Below, in pieces: positions 36,948 through 46,326 of a stretch of 64,000 nt of DNA; positions within the stretch are counted from its first letter, which is position 1; the number at the start of each line of letters is the position of its first letter. The DNA comes from Candidatus Sericytochromatia bacterium. Lineage in GTDB: Bacteria > Cyanobacteriota > Sericytochromatia > S15B-MN24 > UBA4093. Made by a program: the position numbers and the translations under genes. The notes under the pieces were generated by a model. The model was not told the DNA's origin. It did no database searches and saw nothing but the letters and a program-made list of their open reading frames with translations. The DNA lies in assembly GCA_036676985.1 (NCBI GenBank), contig JAKFBU010000039.1, forward strand, positions 96,001 through 160,000, given 5' to 3'.

Positions 36948-38156
36948 ATGTCGTACGATCCCTTCGGCTACCTCGCCGCCGAGCTCGATGACCTCAAGGC
37001 CAGGGGCCTCTACCGCATGCCCCGGGTCCTCGAGGGCAAGCAGGAGCACGATGCCAACTTCGACGGCCGCGAGGTCGTCAACCTCAGCTCCAACAACTAC
37101 CTGGGCCTCACGACCCATCCCAAGCTCGTCGCCGCCGAGCATGCGGCCATCGACCGGTTCGGCGCGGGCTCGGGCTCGGTCCGCACCATCGCGGGCACCA
37201 TGCGCGACCACGTCATCCTCGAGGAGCGGATCGCCGCCTTCAAGCACACCGAGGCCGCCCTCATCTACCAGTCGGGCTTCACGGCCAACGCCGGCACGGT
37301 CTCGGCGGTGCTCGGCAAGGAAGACGTCATCGTCTCGGACGAGCTGAACCACGCGAGCATCATCGACGGCTGCCGCCTGAGCCGCGCCAAGATCGCCGTC
37401 TTCAAGCACGCCGACGTGGCCGACATGCGCCGGGTGCTCGAAGAGGTGAACGGCAAGTACCGCCGCACGCTCGTCATCACCGACGGCGTGTTCTCCATGG
37501 ACGGCGACATCGCGCCCCTGCCGGACATCGTGGAGGTGGCCGAGCAGTACCAGGCCATCATCATGGTGGACGACGCCCATGCCTCGGGCGTGGTCGGCAA
37601 GGAGGGCCGCGGCACGGTGGATCACTTCGGCCTGCACGGCCGGGTGCACATCCAGGTGGGCACGCTCTCCAAGGCCATCGGCTGCCTGGGCGGCTACGTG
37701 GCGGGCTCGCGCACGCTCATCGACTACCTGATCCACAAGGCGCGCCCCTTCCTGTTCTCGACCTCGCACCCGCCCGCAGTCACGGCCGCGGCCCTGGCCG
37801 CCTTCGAGCTCCTGCAGACGGACGAGGGGCACCAGCTCATCGACCAGCTCTGGGACAACACCCGCTACTTCAAGGCCGGCCTCACGCGGCTGGGCTTCAA
37901 CACGGGCAACTCGGAGACGCCCATCACCCCGGTCATCGTGGGCGACGGCGCGCTTGCCATGCAGCTCTCGGATCGGCTCTTCCAGGAGGGCGTCTTCGCC
38001 CAGGGCATCGGCTTCCCGACCGTGCCCAACGACAAGAGCCGGGTGCGCACCATCGTGACGGCCACCCACACCCGCGCGGACCTGGACCAGGCGCTCGCCG
38101 CCTTCGAGAAGGTCGGCGTGGAGCTGGGGCTGATCCAGCCCGTCGGCGCCCGCTAG
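36948..38156 (+). CDS. kbl: Glycine C-acetyltransferase (2-amino-3-ketobutyrate CoA ligase)
   Basis: SNNYLGL, NHASIIDG, DGVFSMDG, DDAH and TLSKA; follows tdh. Confidence 0.88.
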   Translation: MSYDPFGYLAAELDDLKARGLYRMPRVLEGKQEHDANFDGREVVNLSSNNYLGLTTHPKLVAAEHAAIDRFGAGSGSVRTIAGTMRDHVILEERIAAFKHTEAALIYQSGFTANAGTVSAVLGKEDVIVSDELNHASIIDGCRLSRAKIAVFKHADVADMRRVLEEVNGKYRRTLVITDGVFSMDGDIAPLPDIVEVAEQYQAIIMVDDAHASGVVGKEGRGTVDHFGLHGRVHIQVGTLSKAIGCLGGYVAGSRTLIDYLIHKARPFLFSTSHPPAVTAAALAAFELLQTDEGHQLIDQLWDNTRYFKAGLTRLGFNTGNSETPITPVIVGDGALAMQLSDRLFQEGVFAQGIGFPTVPNDKSRVRTIVTATHTRADLDQALAAFEKVGVELGLIQPVGAR

Positions 38157-38168
38157 TCGCCGCTCGTG

Positions 38169-38210
38169 CGAGGCCCGGGAGGAATTCCTCCCGGGCCTCG
38201 CGTCGTTTTT
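38169..38210 (+). terminator. Terminator hairpin
   Basis: CGAGGCCCGGGAGG-AATT-CCTCCCGGGCCTCG followed by a T-run. Confidence 0.7.
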
Positions 38211-38292
38211 AAACGAAAGCTCCGGGAAAGTTAACGGAAAGATTACCGATTTTCCCGCCGATGGGCCGACATTCCCGTAGGAGTGTGTGCCC

Positions 38293-39210
38293 ATGATTCA
38301 GCAGCAAGCCAACGCCTATACCTACTATCCGCCGTATCCGGCGGGGCCCACGGTGCCCATGGCGCCGGCGGCTCCGGTCCCGATGGGACCCATCGCCGCC
38401 GTTCCGGTTCCGGCGCCGACCTACGGACAGATGCTGGATCAGATGCACTTTTTGTCGTCGCAGGCGCCGGCCGCCCCCGTGGCGCCGACGCCCATCCCGG
38501 CGCCCACCCTGATGGGGCGCTTCAGCAAGCTCGTGGACAAGCTGCGCAAGCCCAAGAGCAAGCCCACGGCCCCGCCGGCCCCGACTCCGCCCAAGGCCGA
38601 AGAGCCCAAGGCCGAAGAGCCGAAGCCGCCCAAGCCGAAACCCCAGCCGCCGAAGCCGCAGCCGCCGAAGCCCAAGGCGCCGCCCGCGGACACGGCGCGC
38701 TACTTCCACGCGCAGTACCGCAGCGCCTCCAACACCAACGAGGACGCCGCCCGGAATGGGAACTGCGGTCCCACGAGCCTGACGATGATCGCCGAGGCCT
38801 TCAAGAAGATCAAGGTGACGCCATCGTCCGCCAACTCGGCCATCGAGGAGACGCGCCGCCGCATGGGGGCTGGGACCTCGCAGTCCAGCGAGTACGAAGG
38901 CACGAGCTATGAGCAGCTGCTCCGCGGCGCCAAGAGTTACGGGCTCGACGCCAAGGTCTACTACGGCAAGATCGACGTCCTCAAGAAGGAGCTCGCCAAG
39001 GGCCGGCTCGTCATCGCGCACCTGCGGCCGAGCTACCTCTTCCCGGGCACGACCTCGGGCCACTACGCGGTGGTGACGAAGGTCGCGGGCGGCAAGGTCT
39101 ACATGAACGACCCGGCGAATCCGAAGGGCCAGACGGTCCTCTCGGAGTCCACCTTCCTGCGCGCCCAGCGGGAGCGCGGGGCCTACGGGCTGGTGTCGGT
39201 CGGCCCCTAG
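38293..39210 (+). CDS. C39-like cysteine peptidase with Pro/Lys-rich N-terminal region
   Basis: HAQY..NCGPTSLTM, GHYAVV and MNDP catalytic pattern. Confidence 0.8.
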   Translation: MIQQQANAYTYYPPYPAGPTVPMAPAAPVPMGPIAAVPVPAPTYGQMLDQMHFLSSQAPAAPVAPTPIPAPTLMGRFSKLVDKLRKPKSKPTAPPAPTPPKAEEPKAEEPKPPKPKPQPPKPQPPKPKAPPADTARYFHAQYRSASNTNEDAARNGNCGPTSLTMIAEAFKKIKVTPSSANSAIEETRRRMGAGTSQSSEYEGTSYEQLLRGAKSYGLDAKVYYGKIDVLKKELAKGRLVIAHLRPSYLFPGTTSGHYAVVTKVAGGKVYMNDPANPKGQTVLSESTFLRAQRERGAYGLVSVGP

Positions 39211-39842
39211 CCCCCAACTCCCTTGCACGGGCCGAAGCTCATGCGATGCTGCGGGCAAACGCCATGGCGGGCGATCGCCTCCAGATGCTCCTCGGTCGGG
39301 TACCCCTTGTGGCGGTCGAAGCCGTAAACCGGATACTTGGCATGCATCCGGAACATGAGGGCGTCGCGGTGGACCTTGGCGATCACCGAGGCCGCCGCGA
39401 TGGTTATGGAACGGCCGTCACCCTTCACCAGCGCATCCTGCTTGGCCCGGAGCCCGGGAATCTTGAGGTGTCCGTCCACGAGCAGGCGATCGGGCGGCAC
39501 GTCCTTGCGGACCTTGCGGACCGCCCGGGCCATGGCGGCGTGCGTGGCCCCCAGGATGTTGCGGCGATCGATCTCGGCGACGCTGCCCTCCACGATGGCC
39601 CAGGCGAGGGCGACCTCGCGCACGACGGCCGCGAAGTGCTCGCGCTTCGCCGCGGAGAGCTTCTTGGAGTCCGTCAGGCCGTTGAGCCGCGCGCGAATGG
39701 CCGCGTACTCCGGGTGGTCCGGACCCGGCAGGATCACGCAGGCGACGACCACCGGGCCCGCCAGGGGGCCGCGCCCGACCTCGTCGACGCCCGCGAGGTG
39801 GCGCTCACCCGCTTGCCAGTAACCTTCTTCGATGTCCCACAT
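39207..39842 (-). CDS. rnhB: Ribonuclease HII
   Basis: GVDEVGRGPLAGPV, DSKKL, LVDG, KGD and IAAASVIAKV.RD. Confidence 0.95.
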   Translation of the reverse strand: MWDIEEGYWQAGERHLAGVDEVGRGPLAGPVVVACVILPGPDHPEYAAIRARLNGLTDSKKLSAAKREHFAAVVREVALAWAIVEGSVAEIDRRNILGATHAAMARAVRKVRKDVPPDRLLVDGHLKIPGLRAKQDALVKGDGRSITIAAASVIAKVHRDALMFRMHAKYPVYGFDRHKGYPTEEHLEAIARHGVCPQHRMSFGPCKGVGG

Positions 39843-39965
39843 GCGCGTTCCCTCGATTGGTCGCAAGGCCCATTGTAGCCGAAGTTTGCGGCCCTCGCAG
39901 CACCCGTCCTGTCCTTGGCTCGCTTGGAGCGGCGTGTTACACTTCGCAAAAAAGGACTGCGCGCG

Positions 39966-42638
39966 ATGATTACCACCCCCTCGGATCCCCAGCTCCTCAT
40001 CGAGGAGTTCGCCAAAAACCAGAAGTTCCCGCTCGACTCCTTCCAGATCGAGGCGATGGAGATCCTGGCGGGCGGGAAGTCGGTCCTGGTCTCGGCGCCC
40101 ACCGGCTCCGGCAAGACGATCGTCGCCGAGTTCGCGGTGTTCCTCGCCCTGAAGTCGAACACGCGCTGCATCTACACCACGCCCCTCAAGGCCCTCTCCA
40201 ACCAGAAGTACCGCGACCTCAAGGCCGCCCTGCCGGGCAAGGTCGGGCTCATGACGGGTGATGTGGTGCTCGAGCCCGACGCGCCCATCCTCATCATGAC
40301 CACCGAGATCCTGCGGAACATCCTCCACGCGGATCCCTCGCGGGTGGCGGACGTCTCGCACGTGATCCTCGACGAGGCCCACTACATCGGCTCCGAGGGA
40401 CGCGGTACGGTCTGGGAAGAGACGATCGTCTTCCTCAACAAGCACACCTCCGTGACGGCCCTGTCGGCCACCATCCCCAACGCCGAAGAGCTCGCCACCT
40501 GGGTCAGCTCCGTCCACAAGGACATGGAGGTCGTCTACCACGCCGAGCGCCCGGTGCCCCTCAAGGCCTTCGTCGCGGCGCCCACCATCAAGCCCCTGTT
40601 CAACGATCGCGGCCGGCTCAACGTCAAGCGGTTCGGCGACGACGAGGGCTGGGTCGAGCAGCCGGACCCCGTCACGGTGGTGCGCGAGCTGAAGCAGAAG
40701 GAGATGCTGCCCGCCATCTACTTCGTCTTCAGCCGCATGGGCTGCGAGGAGCAGGCCAAGGACGTCATCAACGCGGATCTCGAGCTGACGACGCCCGAGG
40801 AGCGCGCCGAGATCGAGGCGATGGTCAAGGAGGCCGTCCAGCAGACCCCCGGCATGCTGGGCTCCCATGCGACCAAGCGCTGGCTGGACCTCTTGCCCTA
40901 CGGCGCGGCCCCTCACCATGCGGGCCTCCTGCCGCCGCTCAAGTTCCTCATCGAGCGCCTCTTCCAGAAGGCCCTCATCAAGGTCGTCTTCGCCACCGAG
41001 ACCCTCGCCGCGGGCATCAACATGCCGGCGCGCACGGTCGTGCTCTCGAGCGTCATCAAGCGCACGGACGAGGGCAACCGCATGCTCACGGTGGGCGAGT
41101 TCCAGCAGATGATGGGCCGCGCCGGCCGCCGCGGCATGGACGTGGTCGGCTACGGCGTGGTGGTCGTGAGCCACCGCTACTCGCCCATGGAGGTCGCGCA
41201 CCTGGTCTCGGGCGGCGTCGAGCCCCTCAAGAGCCGCTTCACCCTCAACTTCAACATGGTCGCGAACCTCACGCACCGCTACGACGAGGACTCCGCCCGC
41301 CGGATCGTCGAGCAGAGCTTCGCGCAGTTCCAGAGCTCCGGGGCGGTCGCCTCCCTGTTCGATCGGAGGCGCCGGGCGCAGGAGCGCCTTTCGGTCCTCG
41401 ACAGCCGCTGTCCCCTCGACGAGGCCAAGCAGCGCGAGGCACTCCTCGACGAGCTGAAGCTCATGCGCGGCAACCGCGAGAGCCTGCGCAAGCGGCTCTC
41501 CAACCTCGAGACCTCGCGCCAGTACGTGTCGCGCCAGTCGGCGGTCTCGCAGCTCGCCCAGGCCGCCAAGGGCAGCTGGGTGCTGGTGCACCCGCCGGGT
41601 ACCCCCGGCCCTCAGCTCGGCATCCTCTTGGACGTCCAGACGGTCAAGAGCGGGGACGTCCACTACTCGGTCCTCCTGGAGACGCCGGCCATCACCCGGC
41701 TGGGGGGCCGGCACCTGGTCATGGTGCTGCCGGCCGAGCCCGTGCACGGCCTGCCCGAGCAGGTGGTCGAGAAGGCGGGCCGGATCAGCTACCTGCAGCA
41801 GCACACGCCGGGCGACTACCGCCCCACCTGGCACGAGTGGATCGATGCGAGCGGGCTCGATCTCGAGGCCATGGTCAAGCCCATCACCGAGCCGCCGGAG
41901 ATCGTGAAGGCGCGCGCCAAGCTGCGCGAGGTGGAGAGCCAGCTCAAGATCTTCCCGTGCAGCGGCTGCAAGCAGCGCAAGGGCTGCCAGGACGCGGTCA
42001 AGGACGGGCGCGTCCTCGAGCAGGAGGTGGCCCGGTACTCGAAGGAGATCGACATCATCCACTCCAACCACTGGAGGGGGTTCCAGAAGCTGGTGCGCTT
42101 CCTGAACGAGACGGGCTTCATGCGGGGCCGCGAGCTGTTGGCCCGCGGTCAGGCCCTCGCCAACGTGCGAACCAGCAACGAGCTCGTCTGCGCGGAGGCG
42201 ATCGCGGGCGACTACCTCCAGGACCTGACGCCGGTCGAGATGGCAGCGGTGGTGAGCGCGCTGGTCGCCGAGCCGGTGCGCGGGCGGCAGAGCTGGCGAT
42301 CGCTCAAGTTCAGCCCGACCTTGCACCACGTCTTCGAGACGCTCGCCAAGGCGGCCAAGAACCTCGCGCGGGTGCAGCTAAAGTACGAGCTCGAGCAGCC
42401 GATCTACCTGGTGACGGACTACGTGGGCCTGACGCAGGCCTGGGCCGAGGGCCTCGAGTGGGCTCCCATCATCGAGGCGTCGGGCATCGACGAGGGCCAG
42501 CTGGTGCGGCACCTGCGCCAGGTGATCGATCTCCTGCAGCAGCTGCGGGACATCCCCGGGGTGGGCGAGACCTTCCGGGCCCGGGCCCGCGAGGCCGTCG
42601 GCCTGTTGGACCGCGATATCGTCAGGGAAGTCTTCTAG
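39966..42638 (+). CDS. Ski2/HelY-like DEAH RNA helicase with DSHCT C-terminus
   Basis: APTGSGKT, PLKALSNQK, DEAH, SAT, TETLAAGINMPA and QMMGRAGRRG. Confidence 0.92.
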   Translation: MITTPSDPQLLIEEFAKNQKFPLDSFQIEAMEILAGGKSVLVSAPTGSGKTIVAEFAVFLALKSNTRCIYTTPLKALSNQKYRDLKAALPGKVGLMTGDVVLEPDAPILIMTTEILRNILHADPSRVADVSHVILDEAHYIGSEGRGTVWEETIVFLNKHTSVTALSATIPNAEELATWVSSVHKDMEVVYHAERPVPLKAFVAAPTIKPLFNDRGRLNVKRFGDDEGWVEQPDPVTVVRELKQKEMLPAIYFVFSRMGCEEQAKDVINADLELTTPEERAEIEAMVKEAVQQTPGMLGSHATKRWLDLLPYGAAPHHAGLLPPLKFLIERLFQKALIKVVFATETLAAGINMPARTVVLSSVIKRTDEGNRMLTVGEFQQMMGRAGRRGMDVVGYGVVVVSHRYSPMEVAHLVSGGVEPLKSRFTLNFNMVANLTHRYDEDSARRIVEQSFAQFQSSGAVASLFDRRRRAQERLSVLDSRCPLDEAKQREALLDELKLMRGNRESLRKRLSNLETSRQYVSRQSAVSQLAQAAKGSWVLVHPPGTPGPQLGILLDVQTVKSGDVHYSVLLETPAITRLGGRHLVMVLPAEPVHGLPEQVVEKAGRISYLQQHTPGDYRPTWHEWIDASGLDLEAMVKPITEPPEIVKARAKLREVESQLKIFPCSGCKQRKGCQDAVKDGRVLEQEVARYSKEIDIIHSNHWRGFQKLVRFLNETGFMRGRELLARGQALANVRTSNELVCAEAIAGDYLQDLTPVEMAAVVSALVAEPVRGRQSWRSLKFSPTLHHVFETLAKAAKNLARVQLKYELEQPIYLVTDYVGLTQAWAEGLEWAPIIEASGIDEGQLVRHLRQVIDLLQQLRDIPGVGETFRARAREAVGLLDRDIVREVF

Positions 42639-42709
42639 CGAACGCCGTCGGGCGGCTCAGGCGAGCCGCCCGTCTTCATGGCAAGTGCATGTCGTGGCGG
42701 TGAAAGGCC

Positions 42710-42796
42710 GTCACCCCGGCGAAGGCCGGGGTCCAGGGCATGCGCCCGTAGAGCCGACCCTGGATCCCGGCTTTCGCCGGGATCCAGGGTCGGCTC
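42710..42796. repeat. REP-like doublet, copy 2, with a perfect 21-bp-stem hairpin
   Basis: GTCACCCCGGCGAAGGCCGGGGTCCAG, then 42751-42796 forms a perfect stem with a TTTC loop. Confidence 0.75.
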
Positions 42797-42859
42797 GCTG
42801 TCGTGGAGCTCTCCATCAAAGATGAAACGTTGGGTCGATACCAGCGAGGTGAAAGAGAC

Positions 42860-43003
42860 CTAGTGGTACGTCCCCCACCGGGCGAACGATCGTAGGGCGA
42901 AGAGGACGATCCCCGTCCACAGGATCGAGACGCCGTGCTGGTTCAACAGCGCAGGGGCCTCGCGCACGATCTGATCCATAAAAGCGCCGGCTTGCTCGAA
43001 CAT
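42860..43003 (-). CDS. 47-aa single-TM small protein (absent from the ORF track)
   Basis: RBS GGAGGAGGAG; MFEQAGAFMDQIVREAPALLNQHGVSILWTGIVLFALRSFARWGTYH. Confidence 0.6.
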   Translation of the reverse strand: MFEQAGAFMDQIVREAPALLNQHGVSILWTGIVLFALRSFARWGTYH

Positions 43004-43120
43004 GACTCCTCCTCCGCAGGGCACTCCACTCACCGTATCTTGCCGCGCGCCGGTTGAATCCCGATCACGCCGACCTTTCGGAAAGGTTGCATGTGAGAGC
43101 CTGCCTCGACTTTTACAAAC

Positions 43121-43150
43121 CTTACGCCAGTCTTAAATCAGCCTTAAACG
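43121..43150 (+). promoter_or_regulatory. Triple 11-bp-period repeat (CTTACGCC-agt-CTTAAATC-agc-CTTAAACG)
   Basis: Same spacing as the 17163 box; upstream of a lipoprotein gene. Confidence 0.5.
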
Positions 43151-43229
43151 GATCGGCGCAAGATCCTCCGCCCATCAGTCCAAATACTGTTAAGAGCAAA
43201 GGGTTTTGGGATTCACTTGGAGGTGGAAA

Positions 43230-43811
43230 ATGACGTTTCGCAAGCAGGCCATCCTGTTGGTCGTCGGCGCCCTGTTCCTCACGATGGGGACCGGCTGCGG
43301 CCGCACCCCGACCGGCGTGGACGACGGTACGGGTAGCGACACCCCGTACGAAGATCCCAGCGGCAGCACCGGCGGCAACCTCAACAACGGCGGCAACAGC
43401 TGGAACAACAACGGCAACGGCTCGATCTTCAATCCGGGCAGCGGCCAGACCCAGACGCCGGTCCAGATCAATGCCACGGTGACCAACAAGAAGATGAAGG
43501 GCATTCTCTTCTGGAAGAAGATCGATACCGTCACCGTCCAGCTGCAGAACCCTTCGAACCAGAGTGTTTCCGGCAAGCTCACCGTGACCTTCTCCAAGAA
43601 GGGCCAGCAGGTCGAGACCCAGGATCAGACCTTCTCGCTCTCGGGCGGTCAGACCACGACGGTCGAGGTCAAGCCCGCGCAGTCGTCGGATGACGCCGTC
43701 GCATCGGCGACCAGCGACTCCGCCCTGGGCGGCGGCACCACAGGCGGCGGTTTCGGCGGCAGCACCGGCTTCGGCGGCTCGACCGGCTTCGGCGGCGGCA
43801 GCTCTTTCTAA
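43230..43811 (+). CDS. Lipoprotein with Asn/Gly-rich linker, Ig-like core and Gly-Phe-repeat tail
   Basis: RBS GGAGG; lipobox GTGC; tail GGFGGSTGFGGSTGFGGG. Confidence 0.8.
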   Translation: MTFRKQAILLVVGALFLTMGTGCGRTPTGVDDGTGSDTPYEDPSGSTGGNLNNGGNSWNNNGNGSIFNPGSGQTQTPVQINATVTNKKMKGILFWKKIDTVTVQLQNPSNQSVSGKLTVTFSKKGQQVETQDQTFSLSGGQTTTVEVKPAQSSDDAVASATSDSALGGGTTGGGFGGSTGFGGSTGFGGGSSF

Positions 43812-43941
43812 AGCGTCCCTCCCCACCCCAACCCCATTCCCCTGCTCGCGACAGGCCCCAGGCATTGCCTGGGGCCTGTCGTATTTTCCCGAGGGGCCGA
43901 TTCCCTTGTTACCAAGCCGTTTCCGGTGGTAGGATGGTGAC

Positions 43942-44715
43942 ATGGGCCAGGCCATCATCGATCCCCTACGCAACTTCCTCACCGTGCTCGGCGGCATGGG
44001 GCGCTTTCTCGGCGACATCCTGGTCGCCATGCTCAAGCCGCCCTATTTCTTCACCGAGACCCGGCGGGCGCTGTTCAACGTCTCCTTCCAGTGCCTGGTG
44101 CCCGTGCTCGCCATCATGACGGCCGTGGGCATGATCGGCGCCCTGCAAGGCCTCGCGGTCATCCGCATCTTCGGCGCGGACCACGTGCTCTCGAGCTTGC
44201 TCGCCGAGTCCATCCTGCGCGAGATGGCCCCCACCCTCTCGGCCATCATGATCGCGGCCCAGGCGGGCACGGCGATCGCGGGCGAAATCGGCACCATGCG
44301 CGTCAAGGAAGAGATCGACGCCCTGGGCGTCATGGCCGTGCGCCCCCTCAAGTACGTCGTCATCCCGCGCCTTTTCGCCCTCATCGTGGCCTGCCCCATC
44401 ATCAGCCTGTTCGGCTCCTTGGCCGGCATGGTCGGGGGCTTTGCGGTGGCCGTCGGCCTCAAGGGCGTCACCAAGGGCGTCTTTCTCGCCAACCTCCTGG
44501 ACTTCGTCCAGATGCACGTCATCTTCGGCGGCCTGCTCAAGAGCTGCGTCTTCGGCGCCCTGATCGGCCTCATCGCCTGCTACTACGGCTACAACGTGAC
44601 CGGCGGCGCCCAGGGCGTCGGCAAGGCCGCCAACAAGACCGTCGTGCACGCCATCGTGGCGATCGCCATCTGCAACTACTTCATCACCACCTGGCTCCTC
44701 AAGGTGCTCGGCTGA
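43942..44715 (+). CDS. mlaE: MlaE/YrbE-family ABC permease
   Basis: LREMAP, AGEIGTMRVKEEIDAL and GGAQGVGKA. Confidence 0.9.
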   Translation: MGQAIIDPLRNFLTVLGGMGRFLGDILVAMLKPPYFFTETRRALFNVSFQCLVPVLAIMTAVGMIGALQGLAVIRIFGADHVLSSLLAESILREMAPTLSAIMIAAQAGTAIAGEIGTMRVKEEIDALGVMAVRPLKYVVIPRLFALIVACPIISLFGSLAGMVGGFAVAVGLKGVTKGVFLANLLDFVQMHVIFGGLLKSCVFGALIGLIACYYGYNVTGGAQGVGKAANKTVVHAIVAIAICNYFITTWLLKVLG

Positions 44716-45476
44716 TGGTGCGCCTCGTCGCCAAAGGAGCGGACGTCCTCGCCGAGTTCGGCGCCGTCGTGCGCTTCTGGGGTCAGATCCTGCGCTGGAT
44801 CTTCCACAAGCGCCCGAGCTTCGCCCTGATCCTCGAGCAGATGGTCAAGATCGGCCTCGAGAGCTTCCCGGTCATCATGGCCATCTGCGCCTTCGTGGGC
44901 TCGAACATCGTGCTGGTCGGCTACTTCGTGTTCCAGCGCTTCGGCGGCCAGGACATGGTGGGCGCCTACTCGGGCCTCATGTGCCTGCGCGAGTTCTCGC
45001 CCATCATCGTGGGCGCCATGATGGCGGCCAAGCCCGGCACGGACATGACGGCCACCATCGCCACCATGCGCATCAAAGAGCAGATCGACGCCCTCGAGGT
45101 CATGGCCGTCAACCCCTTCTGGTACCTGATGGTGCCCCGGTTCATCGCCTTCGTGCTGGTGGCGCCCTGCCTGATCGTCTTCTCGTCCATGGCGGCCATC
45201 GCCGCGGGCTACCTGGTGGCCGTCTACCAGCTGGGCGTCAACTCCGGCACCTTCATCGCGGACGTGACCCGCTACCTGACGGTGCAGGACCTGCAGGCCG
45301 CCATGCTCAAGGGCTGCATCTTCGCCATCCTGACCTGCATCATCGCCTGCTACTACGGCTTCAACAGCGCGCCGGGCCCGCAGGGCGTCAGCCGGGCCAT
45401 CAACCGGACGGTCGTCGTGATCGCCACCATGATCGTCATCGTGAACTACTTTTTGTCCGAAGCGCTCTTTGGGTAG
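44715..45476 (+). CDS. mlaE: Second MlaE/YrbE-family permease
   Basis: LREFSP, IATMRIKEQIDALEVMAVNP and GPQGVSRA; TGATG coupling. Confidence 0.88.
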   Translation: MVRLVAKGADVLAEFGAVVRFWGQILRWIFHKRPSFALILEQMVKIGLESFPVIMAICAFVGSNIVLVGYFVFQRFGGQDMVGAYSGLMCLREFSPIIVGAMMAAKPGTDMTATIATMRIKEQIDALEVMAVNPFWYLMVPRFIAFVLVAPCLIVFSSMAAIAAGYLVAVYQLGVNSGTFIADVTRYLTVQDLQAAMLKGCIFAILTCIIACYYGFNSAPGPQGVSRAINRTVVVIATMIVIVNYFLSEALFG

Positions 45477-45485
45477 ATAGGGCTT

Positions 45486-46289
45486 ATGAACACCGAGTCG
45501 ACACACGTCATCACGGGCTCCGGGCCGCTGCCGAACGACACCATCGTCGAGTTCCGCAACGTCCACAAGGCCTTTGGCAAGCAGAAGGTCCTCGATGACG
45601 TCAGCTTGCGCATCGAGCGCGGCAAGACCACGGTCATCATCGGCCCCTCGGGCACGGGCAAGTCCGTCTTCATCAAGCTCCTGGTCGGCCTCTTGCGGCC
45701 GGATCAGGGGGCCATCACCGTGGACGGCCTGGACATCACGCGGATGAAGGAGCGCGAGCTCTACGAGACCCGCAAGAAGTTCGGCATGCTCTTCCAGGAC
45801 GGCGCCCTGTTCGACTCGATGAACGTCGCGGACAACGTGGCCTTCCCCCTGCGCCAGCACACCAAGAAGTCCGAGCGCGAGATCCGCGAGATCGTCGCCG
45901 CCAAGCTCGCGCAGGTGGGTCTGCCCAACGTGGAGCACAAGTTCCCGTCGGAGCTCTCGGGCGGCATGCGCAAGCGCGTCGGAATCGCCCGGGCGATCGC
46001 CCTGGAGCCTGAGATCGTGCTCTTCGACGAGCCCAACTCGGGCCTGGACCCCGTCATGTCGGACGCCATCGACAAGCTGATCCTGCGCATGCAGCACGAG
46101 CTGGGCCTGACCTTCATCGTGATCAGCCACGACATCCCCGGCACCTTCCAGATCGCCGATCGCATCGCCATGCTCTACAAGAGCAAGCTGATCGCCTACG
46201 GTTCCCGCGAGAAGCTGCAAACCTCGGACAACCCCATCCTGCGCCAGTTCTTCGACCGCAGCGCGGACGGGCCCATCCAGGTCGTCTAA
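45486..46289 (+). CDS. mlaF: MlaF/Mkl-family ABC ATPase
   Basis: GPSGTGKS, LFQDGALFDS, LSGGMRKR and FDEP. Confidence 0.92.
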   Translation: MNTESTHVITGSGPLPNDTIVEFRNVHKAFGKQKVLDDVSLRIERGKTTVIIGPSGTGKSVFIKLLVGLLRPDQGAITVDGLDITRMKERELYETRKKFGMLFQDGALFDSMNVADNVAFPLRQHTKKSEREIREIVAAKLAQVGLPNVEHKFPSELSGGMRKRVGIARAIALEPEIVLFDEPNSGLDPVMSDAIDKLILRMQHELGLTFIVISHDIPGTFQIADRIAMLYKSKLIAYGSREKLQTSDNPILRQFFDRSADGPIQVV

Positions 46290-46326
46290 CCAGAGGAGTC
46301 CCGAGCCCCCGGCTCACAGGAGAGTT

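Noticed and set aside
38560-38690. Short tandem repeats (CCCAAGGCCGAAGAG twice, CCGCCGAAGCC-like units)
   Set aside because: They encode the Pro/Lys linker of the C39-like peptidase; ordinary low-complexity coding sequence.
39843-42329. Apparent 800-aa N-terminal extension of RNase HII
   Set aside because: It is antisense to the helicase; rnhB homology starts at ATG 39842, which has its own RBS-like GAGGG and an upstream TACAAT.
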